Part shown: positions 19,713 to 28,200 of the stretch, piece after piece
Layout of the letters: each line of letters opens with the position of its first letter
How positions within the stretch are numbered: position 1 is the first letter of the stretch
Assembly: GCA_041499965.1 (NCBI GenBank)
Contig: JBGQLG010000006.1
Location: forward strand, 2,947 to 66,946
DNA length: 64,000 bases
Source: Candidatus Methylomirabilia bacterium
Lineage (GTDB): Bacteria; Methylomirabilota; Methylomirabilia; Rokubacteriales; CSP1-6
Reading direction: 5' to 3'
Translations under genes and position numbers: made by a program
The notes under the pieces: generated by a model
Databases searched by the model: none
What the model saw: the letters and a program-made list of their open reading frames with translations, nothing else
What the model was told of the DNA's origin: nothing

Positions 19713-21166
19713 GGCCGGCTCGACGTCGCGGCCATCCGGAGCGCCAGGACGAGGCCGCGGGCCTTGGAGCACGTCTCCAGCCATTCGGTCTTGGGATCGG
19801 AATCGGCCACGATCCCGGCCCCGACCTGGATCGACGCCCGGCCGCCGTGGCACACGATCGTGCGGATGGTAATACAGGAGTCGAGGTTGCCGGAGTAGGA
19901 GACGTAGCCGACGGCGCCGGCGTAGGGACCCCGCTGGGTGGGCTCGATCTCGTCGATGATCTCCATCGCGCGGATCTTGGGCGCACCCGAGACGGTCCCG
20001 GCCGGGAAGCACGCGCGCAGCACGTCGAAGGCATCGCTGCCCCGCTTGAGCGTACCGACGACGTGGCTGACCAGGTGCATGACGTGCGAGTACCGCTCGA
20101 TCGCCATGAACTCGGTCACCTTGACCGAGCCCAGCTCGGCGACGCGGCCCACGTCGTTACGACCGAGGTCGACCAGCATGACGTGCTCGGCCCGCTCCTT
20201 GGGATCGGACTTCATCATCTGCTCGATTGCGAGGTCCTGCGCCTCGGTGGCGCCGCGCGGGTGGGTACCGGCGATCGGACGCTCCTCCACCCGGTCACCC
20301 TCGACGCGCACCAGCACCTCCGGCGAGGAGCCGACGATCGTCGTCGGGCCCAGGCGCAGATAGAACAGGTACGGCGACGGGTTGATCGTCCGCAGGGCAC
20401 GGTACACCGTGAATGTATCCGCCTCCAGCGGACGGTCGAGCCGGCGCGCCAGTACGACCTGATACGCGTCGCCGCCGGCGATGTACTCCTTGGCGCGCCG
20501 GACGGCATCGCCGAAGGCCGCCTCGTCCATCGTGGACGTGAAGCCCTCCTCGCCCAGGGCGAGCAGCGGCCCGGGCGGCGGCAACGTGAGCGCGGTGGCC
20601 GCGCGCGCCGGGCGGGCGAGCTTCGCCAGCGTCATGCCGATGCGCACGGCCGCCTCGTCGTACGCGCGATCGAGCGACGCCGCGTCGTGCTTGTCGACGT
20701 GGGCGTTGGCGATCACGAGCAGCCGGTGGCGCAGGTTGTCGAAGACCAGCAGGGTGTCGCTGAACATGAACACCGCGTCCGGCAGCCCCAGGTCGTCACG
20801 GGTCCGCCGCGGCAGCCGTTCCATGTGCCGGACCATGTCGTAGGCGAGGTAACCGACGGCACCGCCCTGGAAGCGGGGAAGGCCCGGCACTGCGACGGGC
20901 TGGAAATCGGCGAGGAGCCCGCGGAGCGCCTCCAGCGGGTCACCGTCGGGCAGCCGCTGGGCCTTGTCGGCCCCGCGACGGAGCGTGACGCGGCCGTTCT
21001 TGGCGCTGAGCACCATGAGAGGGTCGGTCCCGAGGAAGGAGTACCGGGCCCACACCTCGCCGCCCTCGACGGATTCCAGCAGGAAGGAGTACGGGCCCGG
21101 CCGGAGCCGCAAATAGGCAGACAGGGGCGTGTCCATGTCCGCTGGGAGCTCGGCGAACACGGGCAC
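19709..21166 (-). CDS. trpE: anthranilate synthase component I (PabB-type function not excluded)
   Basis: GTG start. ...[11 protein letters not shown]...GAVGYLAYD... and a C-terminal chorismate-binding domain ...GTVSGAPK...[10 protein letters not shown]. Confidence 0.82.
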
Positions 21167-21268
21167 GAGGTTCCCCTGTCCCGCGAGGCCGCGAAACTCC
21201 TCCCGGGTGGGGGAGAGAGATGGGATTCCTGTGCCGGCGGAGCTGATGCGAAGCTCAGCGACGACGCG

Positions 21269-21607
21269 CTACACGACGACGGCTAGCGCGTCCAGCTTCT
21301 CCTTGAGCTTGGCCTTGGGCACGGCGCCGATCACCTGGTCGACGACCTTCCCGGCCTTGACGAAGAGGATCGTCGGGATGGAACGGATACCGTAGCGCCC
21401 GGCCAGGGCGTGGTTCTCATCGACGTTGACCTTGGCCAGGGTCACGCGCCCGGCGGACTCGCGTGCGAGATCCTCCAGGACGGGAGCGATGGCCCGGCAG
21501 GGCCCGCACCACTCCGCCCAGAAGTCCACCATGAGCAGCCCCTGCTGCGCCGTCAGGGTCTCATCGAAATTTGCTTCCGTAAGGTGGACCGTTGTGGAGT
21601 TGCTCAT
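21269..21607 (-). CDS. trxA: thioredoxin
   Basis: 112 aa with the WAEWCGPCR active site. Confidence 0.93.
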   Translation of the reverse strand: MSNSTTVHLTEANFDETLTAQQGLLMVDFWAEWCGPCRAIAPVLEDLARESAGRVTLAKVNVDENHALAGRYGIRSIPTILFVKAGKVVDQVIGAVPKAKLKEKLDALAVVV

Positions 21608-21741
21608 CGGGGCGCTCCCTCCAGTAAAAAGTCAACGCCAACGCTAACATGGAGCGCTCGTCGGCGCAACTTCAGCGACGGCTCGCCGAGGTTTCCCTTG
21701 TCAGTTTGGCACCCCGTCATGCTAGAGTCGATTTTACTCAT

Positions 21742-23103
21742 ATGGACGCCGCCAAGATCCTTGTCGTCGACGACGAGAAGTCGATCCTGCTGTTGCTCAA
21801 GGAAGCCCTCACGCAATGGGGGTACGAGGTCACGTGCGCGGCCTCGGCCGTCGAGGCGCTCGACCTGCTGAAGAACGGCCTGTTCGACGCGCTCATCAGC
21901 GACGTGCGCATGCCCGACATGACGGGCCTCGATCTGCTGCGGGAGATCCGCAAGCAGGACGAATCGATCGAGGTCGTCATGATGACGGGCTACCCGACCA
22001 TTGCGTCGGCCGTCCAGGCGCTCAAGGAAGGGGCCTACGACTACCTGTCGAAGCCCCTGATCCTGGACGAACTCCGGCACCTCATGGCCCGGATGATGGA
22101 GCGCCGCTTCCTGCGCGGCGAGGTCCACACGCTCCGGGCCCGTCTGGGCGAGGAGCTGGCCGTCAGCGAGATGATCGGCTCCTCGGCGCCGATGCAACGG
22201 GTCAAGGACGTCATCGGCAAGGTCGCGGTGACGGACTCGCCGGTGCTGATCGAGGGGGAGAGCGGCACGGGCAAGGAGCTGGTGGCCGCAGCGATCCATC
22301 GCCTGTCGTCTCGGGCCAAGCGGGCGTTCATCCCGGTCAACTGCAGCGCGATCCCCCAGGACCTGCTGGAGTCCGAGTTCTTCGGCCACGTGCGCGGCGC
22401 GTTCTCGGGTGCCGTGGCGGACGCGCTCGGTCTGTTCCGGGGCGCCGACGAAGGCACCATCTTCCTGGACGAGATCGCCGAGCTGTCTCCAGGGCTGCAG
22501 GTCAAGCTCCTGCGAGTCCTGCAGGAGATGCAGGTGCGTCCCGTCGGCTCCACCAAGGCGTTCCCGGTCGACGTGCGGGTGATCGCCGCCACCAACCGCG
22601 ACCTCGAGCGCGCGATGACCGAGGGCAGCTTCCGGCAGGACCTCTTCTACCGGCTCAACGTCGTGCGCATCACGCTGCCGCCGCTGCGAGAGCGTCGGGA
22701 CGACATCTCGGCGCTGGTGACCCACTTCCTGCGCCGGTTCAATCGTCGCTTCCATCGCGAGGTCCGGGGGATCGCGCCCGACGCCCTGGCGGCGCTCAGC
22801 GCCTACAGCTTCCCCGGCAACGTTCGCGAGCTCGAGAACCTGATCGAGCGCGCTTATGCGCTGGGCTCGCGCGAGCTGATCTCGGTCGCCGATCTACCCT
22901 CGCTGGGACGCACTCCGATCGTTGCGACGGCGGCTGCCGCCAGCGGCGGCCCCCAGACCGTCCCGACGCTGGCCGACGTCGAGCGAGAGCTCATCCTCAA
23001 GGCGCTGGCGGTCTTCCAGGACGACAAGGAGGCCGCCGCGCGTGCGCTGGGCATCTCCCGGCGGACGATCTATCGACGCCTCAAGGAGTACGGCGTGCTC
23101 TGA
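21742..23103 (+). CDS. sigma-54-dependent response regulator (REC + AAA+ + Fis-type HTH; NtrC family)
   Basis: ATG 21742 is in frame with ORF 21649..23103. REC domain: ILVVDDE...ISDVRMPDMTG. Walker A: GESGTGKE. Sigma-54 contact loop: GAFSGA. ...FLDEIAEL... C-terminal ...ALGISRRTIYRRLKEYG. Confidence 0.9.
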   Translation: MDAAKILVVDDEKSILLLLKEALTQWGYEVTCAASAVEALDLLKNGLFDALISDVRMPDMTGLDLLREIRKQDESIEVVMMTGYPTIASAVQALKEGAYDYLSKPLILDELRHLMARMMERRFLRGEVHTLRARLGEELAVSEMIGSSAPMQRVKDVIGKVAVTDSPVLIEGESGTGKELVAAAIHRLSSRAKRAFIPVNCSAIPQDLLESEFFGHVRGAFSGAVADALGLFRGADEGTIFLDEIAELSPGLQVKLLRVLQEMQVRPVGSTKAFPVDVRVIAATNRDLERAMTEGSFRQDLFYRLNVVRITLPPLRERRDDISALVTHFLRRFNRRFHREVRGIAPDALAALSAYSFPGNVRELENLIERAYALGSRELISVADLPSLGRTPIVATAAAASGGPQTVPTLADVERELILKALAVFQDDKEAAARALGISRRTIYRRLKEYGVL

Positions 23104-23304
23104 TCCGATCGGGCACGGGGGGAGCGATGGCGCTTCCCTCGGCGGCGCCACCCCCGGGGGCGCAATTTCTGCGGTATTTTCCGCCTACATAGGGCACTGC
23201 CACCCCCCCGCTGACTGCCGTAGGCCGTCAGCCCTAGTGCCGTCCCGGCACGATCCGCCAGCGATTCGATCATGAAAAGCCATATTCCGTAGGTCTTTCA
23301 GGCT

Positions 23305-23320
23305 TGGCACGGGCGACGCA
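23305..23320 (+). promoter_or_regulatory. candidate sigma-54 (-24/-12) promoter
   Basis: TGGCACGGGCGACGCA has GG (23306-07) and GC (23318-19) separated by exactly 10 nt. The -24 element TGGCACG is perfect. The -12 element ACGCA compares with consensus TTGCA. It lies just downstream of the sigma-54 activator gene. Confidence 0.45.
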
Positions 23321-23333
23321 ATGAGGCCCCCCC

Positions 23334-24275
23334 ATGCTTGATACTGAGATTCCTCAGACGCAGCTCGGCTCGAAGCTGGAAGTGGCTATCGGCATCAGTT
23401 CCGACCGTAACCCGGACGCCGCCATCGCCGAAGCGTCCGGTATTGCCGGCCGACGGCTCGGTGGCGCCAACCCCGATTTCGCCCTGGTCGTGACGGCGGG
23501 AGCGCCGGCACACGACGCCGTCGGTACGCTGCGCGAGGTCCTCGGACAGATTTCGGTGGCGGGAGGTGCCGCCACCGCGCTTCTCACGGATCACGGCCTC
23601 TCGAAGGAAGGGGCGCTCGTCGTCTGCGTTGCCAACGCCGACGGCGCTGCTAGCGGAGTGGCTGCCACTGCCGGTCGCGATCTTCGCGAAGCCGGGCAGG
23701 CGGCGGCTCGCCTCGTGTTGGCAGGGTGGCCGTTCCGCGCGCGTTACCCGCGTGGGCTGGCCTTCGCGTTCGCGCGTCCGGGCGGCGGCGACGCCGCACA
23801 GACGTTCCTTGCCTCCTGGCGGGACTTCATGGGGCCTAAGATGCGAACCGTCTGCACCGTGCTGGGTGGCGGGGCCGTGTATGGGCGTGGGGCCGCTCAG
23901 CCCCTGGCCAGCGTCGCTTCCATCGAGGCGCCCTACGCCTCGGGGATCGGCTACACCGATGCCATGTCCGCGGACGGCGTGACCCCGACACCCGAGACGC
24001 TCGTGCACGGGGCCGCCGACGCCATGCTGACCGCGGTGAAGCGGCTGGAGGGCCGGCCGCCGCGCCTGGTGCTGGCCATCGAGAGCGCCGCGCGACTGCG
24101 CATGCTGGGCTCCGCGCTGCCTCAGGAATGGACCGCGATGCGCGGTGCGCTCGAGGAGACCACGCCGTGCTTCGGCTGGGTCGGTGAGCACGTGGCGGCC
24201 TACGGCCGTGGTGTACAGCCAACCGATGCGCCCGGTTCGCTGATCGTCGTCACGCTCGGAGACGCACCCCGCTAG
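23334..24275 (+). CDS. stand-alone FIST-like (FIST_N + FIST_C) sensory-domain protein, tentative
   Basis: 313 aa. ...EVAIGISSDRNPDAAIAEA...PDFALVVTAG... resembles FIST_N, and the C-terminal ...CFGWVGEHVAAYG... resembles FIST_C. Coding bias is good. The assignment is by pattern memory only. Confidence 0.55.
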   Translation: MLDTEIPQTQLGSKLEVAIGISSDRNPDAAIAEASGIAGRRLGGANPDFALVVTAGAPAHDAVGTLREVLGQISVAGGAATALLTDHGLSKEGALVVCVANADGAASGVAATAGRDLREAGQAAARLVLAGWPFRARYPRGLAFAFARPGGGDAAQTFLASWRDFMGPKMRTVCTVLGGGAVYGRGAAQPLASVASIEAPYASGIGYTDAMSADGVTPTPETLVHGAADAMLTAVKRLEGRPPRLVLAIESAARLRMLGSALPQEWTAMRGALEETTPCFGWVGEHVAAYGRGVQPTDAPGSLIVVTLGDAPR

Positions 24276-24393
24276 TCGTCCGCAGACGCCTCTATCCCCT
24301 TCGGCGGGAGCCCGGCCCGCCCTTGATCCCCGGGCCCAGGACACCGCCCTGGCACCCCTCTGGATCGAGGAGCCAACACCCTGGGTTGAGCGA

Positions 24394-25998
24394 TCAGCGG
24401 GTGGTGTAGCGCTCCAGGAGATCGCGGTTGATCAGGTCGGGATCGCGGTCCGTGGGCGCTCCGTAGCCGCCACCGCCGGGGAGGTGGATCTCGACCAGGG
24501 AGTCGGGGCCGACGATCTGCTCCGCCTTGGGATTGGCCGGCTGGACGCCGTCGATCAGCACCCGGCCTGTCGCGCCGGGAAGACCACCGCGAAAGCCCGA
24601 CGCGGGATGGCTGGTGCGGTCGCAGAGGATCGAGCAGACGAATGGCTCTCGGGTGCGCACGCGAAAGGCGATGGTCTGACCGAGCCCGCCGCGATACTTC
24701 CCGCCGCCCCCCGAGCCGTCTCGCAGCGCCTTCCGCTCGACGAGCAGAGGCGACAGGTTCTCGATGACCTCGACCGGCGTGCCGAGGACACCGGATGGAA
24801 ACGCCGTCGCCGACAGTCCGTCCTTCACCGCGCGAGCACCGGTGCCGCCCGACGAGAAGAAGATGTGGCTGAACGGGCGGCCGTCGAGCTCCTTGCCGGA
24901 CACCTGCACGCCCCAGATGTTGGCCGAGCCCTCGGCCATCACGCGCTCGGGCAGCGCCTGGCCGAGTGCCCCCGCGATGACGTGGGGCAGGAAGTGGCCG
25001 ATGACGTGGCGTGCCGCCACCGGAGCCGGGCGCGTCGCGTTGAGGATCGAGCCCTCGGGCGCGCTGATGCGGATCGGCCGGAACGCGCCCTCGTTGTTCG
25101 GCACCTCGGGGCTCACGATCACCTTCACGCCGTACGTCGTGTAGGCCTCGGTGTAGTTCATCACCACGTTGACGCCGCGCCGGCTGGCCGGCGACGAGCC
25201 CGCGTAGTCGATCAGCAGGTCGTCGCCCCGCACCTGGCAGCGCGCGCGGATCGTGATCGGCTCGCCAAAGCCGTCGGAGGTGATCGCGTGCTCGTAGACG
25301 CCGGGACGGAGCGCGCGGATCGCCTCCCGCATGGCGCGCTCGGTGCGGCCGATGATCTCGTCGGCCAGCCCCTGTAGATCTTCGAGGCCGAACTCCTCCA
25401 GGAATTCGAGCAGCCGCTCACCACCCACGGCGCCGCCGGCGATCTGGGCGTGGAAGTCGCCGAGGACCATCTCGGGCAGCCGCGTGTTCTCCCGGATCAT
25501 CGCCACCAGCGTCTCGTTGGGGCGCCCCGCCTCGTAGAGCTTGAGGATCGGGATCTGCAGCCCTTCCTCGTATACCTCCCGCGCCTCGGCCGACAGCACA
25601 TGGCCGCCGATGTCGGCGGTGTGGCAGGTGGACGCGAAGAAGGCCACGCAGTGCCGGCCCCGGAAGATTGGCGAGCAGATGGTAACGTCGTTGAGGTGGC
25701 CGGAGGTCTTCCAGGGATCGTTGGTGATCAGCACGTCACCCGGCGCCAGCCGCTCGATCGGGTAGGCGGCCAGGAAGTGCTTCATCGCCAGCGCCATCGA
25801 GTTGATGTGCCCCGGCGTGCCGGTCACCGCCTGGGCGACCATATAGCCGCGGCGGTCGAACACACCGGCCGAGAGGTCGCCGGCCTCGCGCACGATCGAG
25901 GTGAACGAGGTGCGTTGCAGGGCCGCTGCCTGCTCGTTGACGACGCCGATCAGCCGGTTCCAGCAGATCTCGAGCGTGACGGGATCGAGCAGGCTCAC
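24394..25998 (-). CDS. hyuB: hydantoinase B / oxoprolinase family protein
   Basis: MSLLDPVTLEICWNRLIGVVNEQAAALQRTSFTSIVREAGDLSAGVFD... is a typical HyuB N-terminus. ATGA-type overlap with hyuA. Confidence 0.85.
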   Translation of the reverse strand: MSLLDPVTLEICWNRLIGVVNEQAAALQRTSFTSIVREAGDLSAGVFDRRGYMVAQAVTGTPGHINSMALAMKHFLAAYPIERLAPGDVLITNDPWKTSGHLNDVTICSPIFRGRHCVAFFASTCHTADIGGHVLSAEAREVYEEGLQIPILKLYEAGRPNETLVAMIRENTRLPEMVLGDFHAQIAGGAVGGERLLEFLEEFGLEDLQGLADEIIGRTERAMREAIRALRPGVYEHAITSDGFGEPITIRARCQVRGDDLLIDYAGSSPASRRGVNVVMNYTEAYTTYGVKVIVSPEVPNNEGAFRPIRISAPEGSILNATRPAPVAARHVIGHFLPHVIAGALGQALPERVMAEGSANIWGVQVSGKELDGRPFSHIFFSSGGTGARAVKDGLSATAFPSGVLGTPVEVIENLSPLLVERKALRDGSGGGGKYRGGLGQTIAFRVRTREPFVCSILCDRTSHPASGFRGGLPGATGRVLIDGVQPANPKAEQIVGPDSLVEIHLPGGGGYGAPTDRDPDLINRDLLERYTTR

Positions 25999-28073
25999 GG
26001 CATCGTGACCACGATCGTCAGGCCGTCATCGACGCGGCAGCGGGCGCCGGGCCCGATCACCGCGGTCGACTCCCGCTCCTCGACGATGGCCGGGCCGGCG
26101 AAGGTGGCGCCGGCGCCGAGCGCGTAGCGGTCGTACACCGGCGTGTCGGCCCAGCCGGAGGTCTCGGCGAACCACACGCGACGCGTGGCCTTGACGGCCT
26201 CGGTGGCCGGCTGGCTCCCGGCGGCGCCACTGAACGTGATCGCCGGGGCGGGACCGGAGACCGTGACCCGCCAGTTGAGCGCCTCGATCGGGACGCCCTG
26301 GGGCAGGCGGTGGTAGAGGGCGCGATACGCGTCCTCGAACGACGTGGTGATGGCCGGCAGGCTCTCCGACGACAGTCGTCCGGCCGGCATCGGCGCCTCG
26401 ACCTCGTGCCCCTGGCCGACGTAACGCATCTCCGCGATGCGCGACACCAGCACCTCCCCCGCCGCCACCCCGGCCCGGGCCAGGAGCTCGCGCCCCTCGT
26501 CCTCCATCTCGACGAAGAGCCGGGTGAGCGCGTCCCAGTCGGCCTGATCGAGCCGCGCTCGCACGGTGCGCACGAAGTCGAATGCCAGCGGTGCCGCCAG
26601 CAGGCCCCACGCCGATATCGCGCCGGCTCCGAAGGGCAGCAGGATACGCGGCACTTTCAGGATGCGGGCCACCTGCCAGCAGTGCACGGGCCCGGCGCCG
26701 CCGAAGGCGAACAGCGGATAGGCCCGCAGGTCACGCCCGCGCTCGATCCCGTGGATCCGCGCCGCGGCCGCCATGTTCTCGTTGACGACCCGGTGGATGC
26801 CCCACGCCGCCGCCGTCGGGTCGAGCCCCAGCGGTCGCGCCACGTGCTCGCGCACCGCGTGCTCGGCTGCCGCGCGGTCCAGGCGCATGCGCCCGCCGAG
26901 GAAGAACTCGGCGTCGAGATAGCCGAGGAGCAGATCGGCGTCGGTGACGGTGGGCTGGTGGCCGCCCAGGTTGTAGCAGGCCGGTCCGGGATCGGCGCCT
27001 GCGCTGTCGGGCCCGACCTTCAGCAGTCCCATGCGATCCACCCGCGCGATGGAGCCGCCGCCGGCGCCGATCTCGATCATCTCGATGACGGGCACGCGGA
27101 TCGGGAGCCCCGAGCCCTTCTTGAAGCGATCGGCGCGCGCCACCTCGAACTCGCGGGCCACGAGCGGCGCGCCGCCGTCGATCACGCACGCCTTCGCGGT
27201 GGTCCCGCCCATGTCGAACGACAGCAGCCGCGAGTCCCCTCGGTCCCGCGCGGCCTGGGCCGCGGCCAGGGCTCCGGCGGCCGGGCCCGACTCGACCAGG
27301 CGGATCGGCAGGCGCCGGGCCAGGGGTGGCAGCGCGATGCCCCCGGAGGACTGCATCACGTAGAGCTGGCCGGGGATGCCGAGACCTTGCAGGCGCCGCT
27401 CGAGATCCTCGAGATAGCGCGCCATGAGCGGGGCCACGTAGACATTGGCCGTCGTCGTCGACGCCCGCTCGTACTCGCGGATCTCGGGCACGACGTCCGA
27501 CGAGCAGGACACGGCCAGGTGGGGCGCTGACTCGCGGACCAGCGTGGCCAGCCGCTGCTCGTGGACCGGGTTGAGGTAGGCGTGCAGCAGGCAGATCGCC
27601 ACCGCCTCCACGCCGGCGTCGACGAGCTCGGCGATCACGCGTCGCGCCGCCGCCTCGTCCAGCGGCCGCAGCACCGCGCCGTCGGGCAGCAGCCGCTCGG
27701 GCACCTCGCGACGCAGGTGGCGGGGCACGAGCGGCGCTGGCGGGTCGATCAGCAGGTCGTACATGTCGTAGCGACCCTCGCGGCGGATCTCCAGCGCGTC
27801 GCGGAATCCCTCGGTGGTGAGCAGCGCGGTCCGCGCGCCCTTGCGCTCGATGAGCGCGTTGGTGGCCAGCGTGGTGCCGTGGGCGACCGCGCGGACCCGG
27901 GCGGGATCGACGCCGGCCTCGTCGAGGAGTGATTGCACGCCCTGCTCGACCCCGTGAGCCGGGTCCTTGGCGGTCGTGAGGATCTTGCCGACGCGGATCG
28001 CGCCGCTGACCTCGTCGATCACGACCATGTCGGTGAAGGTGCCGCCGATGTCCACACCGAAGCGCGCCGACAT
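25995..28073 (-). CDS. hyuA: hydantoinase A / oxoprolinase family protein
   Basis: MSARFGVDIGGTFTDMVVID... and ...SFDMGGTTAK... are the ASKHA-fold hydantoinase A motifs. Confidence 0.88.
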   Translation of the reverse strand: MSARFGVDIGGTFTDMVVIDEVSGAIRVGKILTTAKDPAHGVEQGVQSLLDEAGVDPARVRAVAHGTTLATNALIERKGARTALLTTEGFRDALEIRREGRYDMYDLLIDPPAPLVPRHLRREVPERLLPDGAVLRPLDEAAARRVIAELVDAGVEAVAICLLHAYLNPVHEQRLATLVRESAPHLAVSCSSDVVPEIREYERASTTTANVYVAPLMARYLEDLERRLQGLGIPGQLYVMQSSGGIALPPLARRLPIRLVESGPAAGALAAAQAARDRGDSRLLSFDMGGTTAKACVIDGGAPLVAREFEVARADRFKKGSGLPIRVPVIEMIEIGAGGGSIARVDRMGLLKVGPDSAGADPGPACYNLGGHQPTVTDADLLLGYLDAEFFLGGRMRLDRAAAEHAVREHVARPLGLDPTAAAWGIHRVVNENMAAAARIHGIERGRDLRAYPLFAFGGAGPVHCWQVARILKVPRILLPFGAGAISAWGLLAAPLAFDFVRTVRARLDQADWDALTRLFVEMEDEGRELLARAGVAAGEVLVSRIAEMRYVGQGHEVEAPMPAGRLSSESLPAITTSFEDAYRALYHRLPQGVPIEALNWRVTVSGPAPAITFSGAAGSQPATEAVKATRRVWFAETSGWADTPVYDRYALGAGATFAGPAIVEERESTAVIGPGARCRVDDGLTIVVTMP

Positions 28074-28200
28074 GGCCGAGAGTCTACATGAGCGCCGCTC
28101 GACGCTCCAGGCGGCGCCGAGGGCCGCGAGGGCTTAAGATGGGGCGAATCATGCGGCTCCCGCCGAGCGTGAGCGACGTCTGGACCTGTCGGGGGCTTGC

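Noticed and set aside
21167-21268. Possible trp leader peptide/attenuator or T-box upstream of trpE.
   Set aside because: The 102-nt spacer has no small ORF with tandem Trp codons, no terminator/antiterminator pair and only weak 5-bp hairpins.
21707-21725. TGGCAC-N6-ATGCT upstream of the sigma-54 activator gene, considered as an autoregulatory sigma-54 promoter.
   Set aside because: GG and GC are separated by 11 nt instead of the required 10, which normally abolishes function. It is kept only as a note because the upstream CTT-TCAG-TTGGCAC context resembles the better site at 23305.
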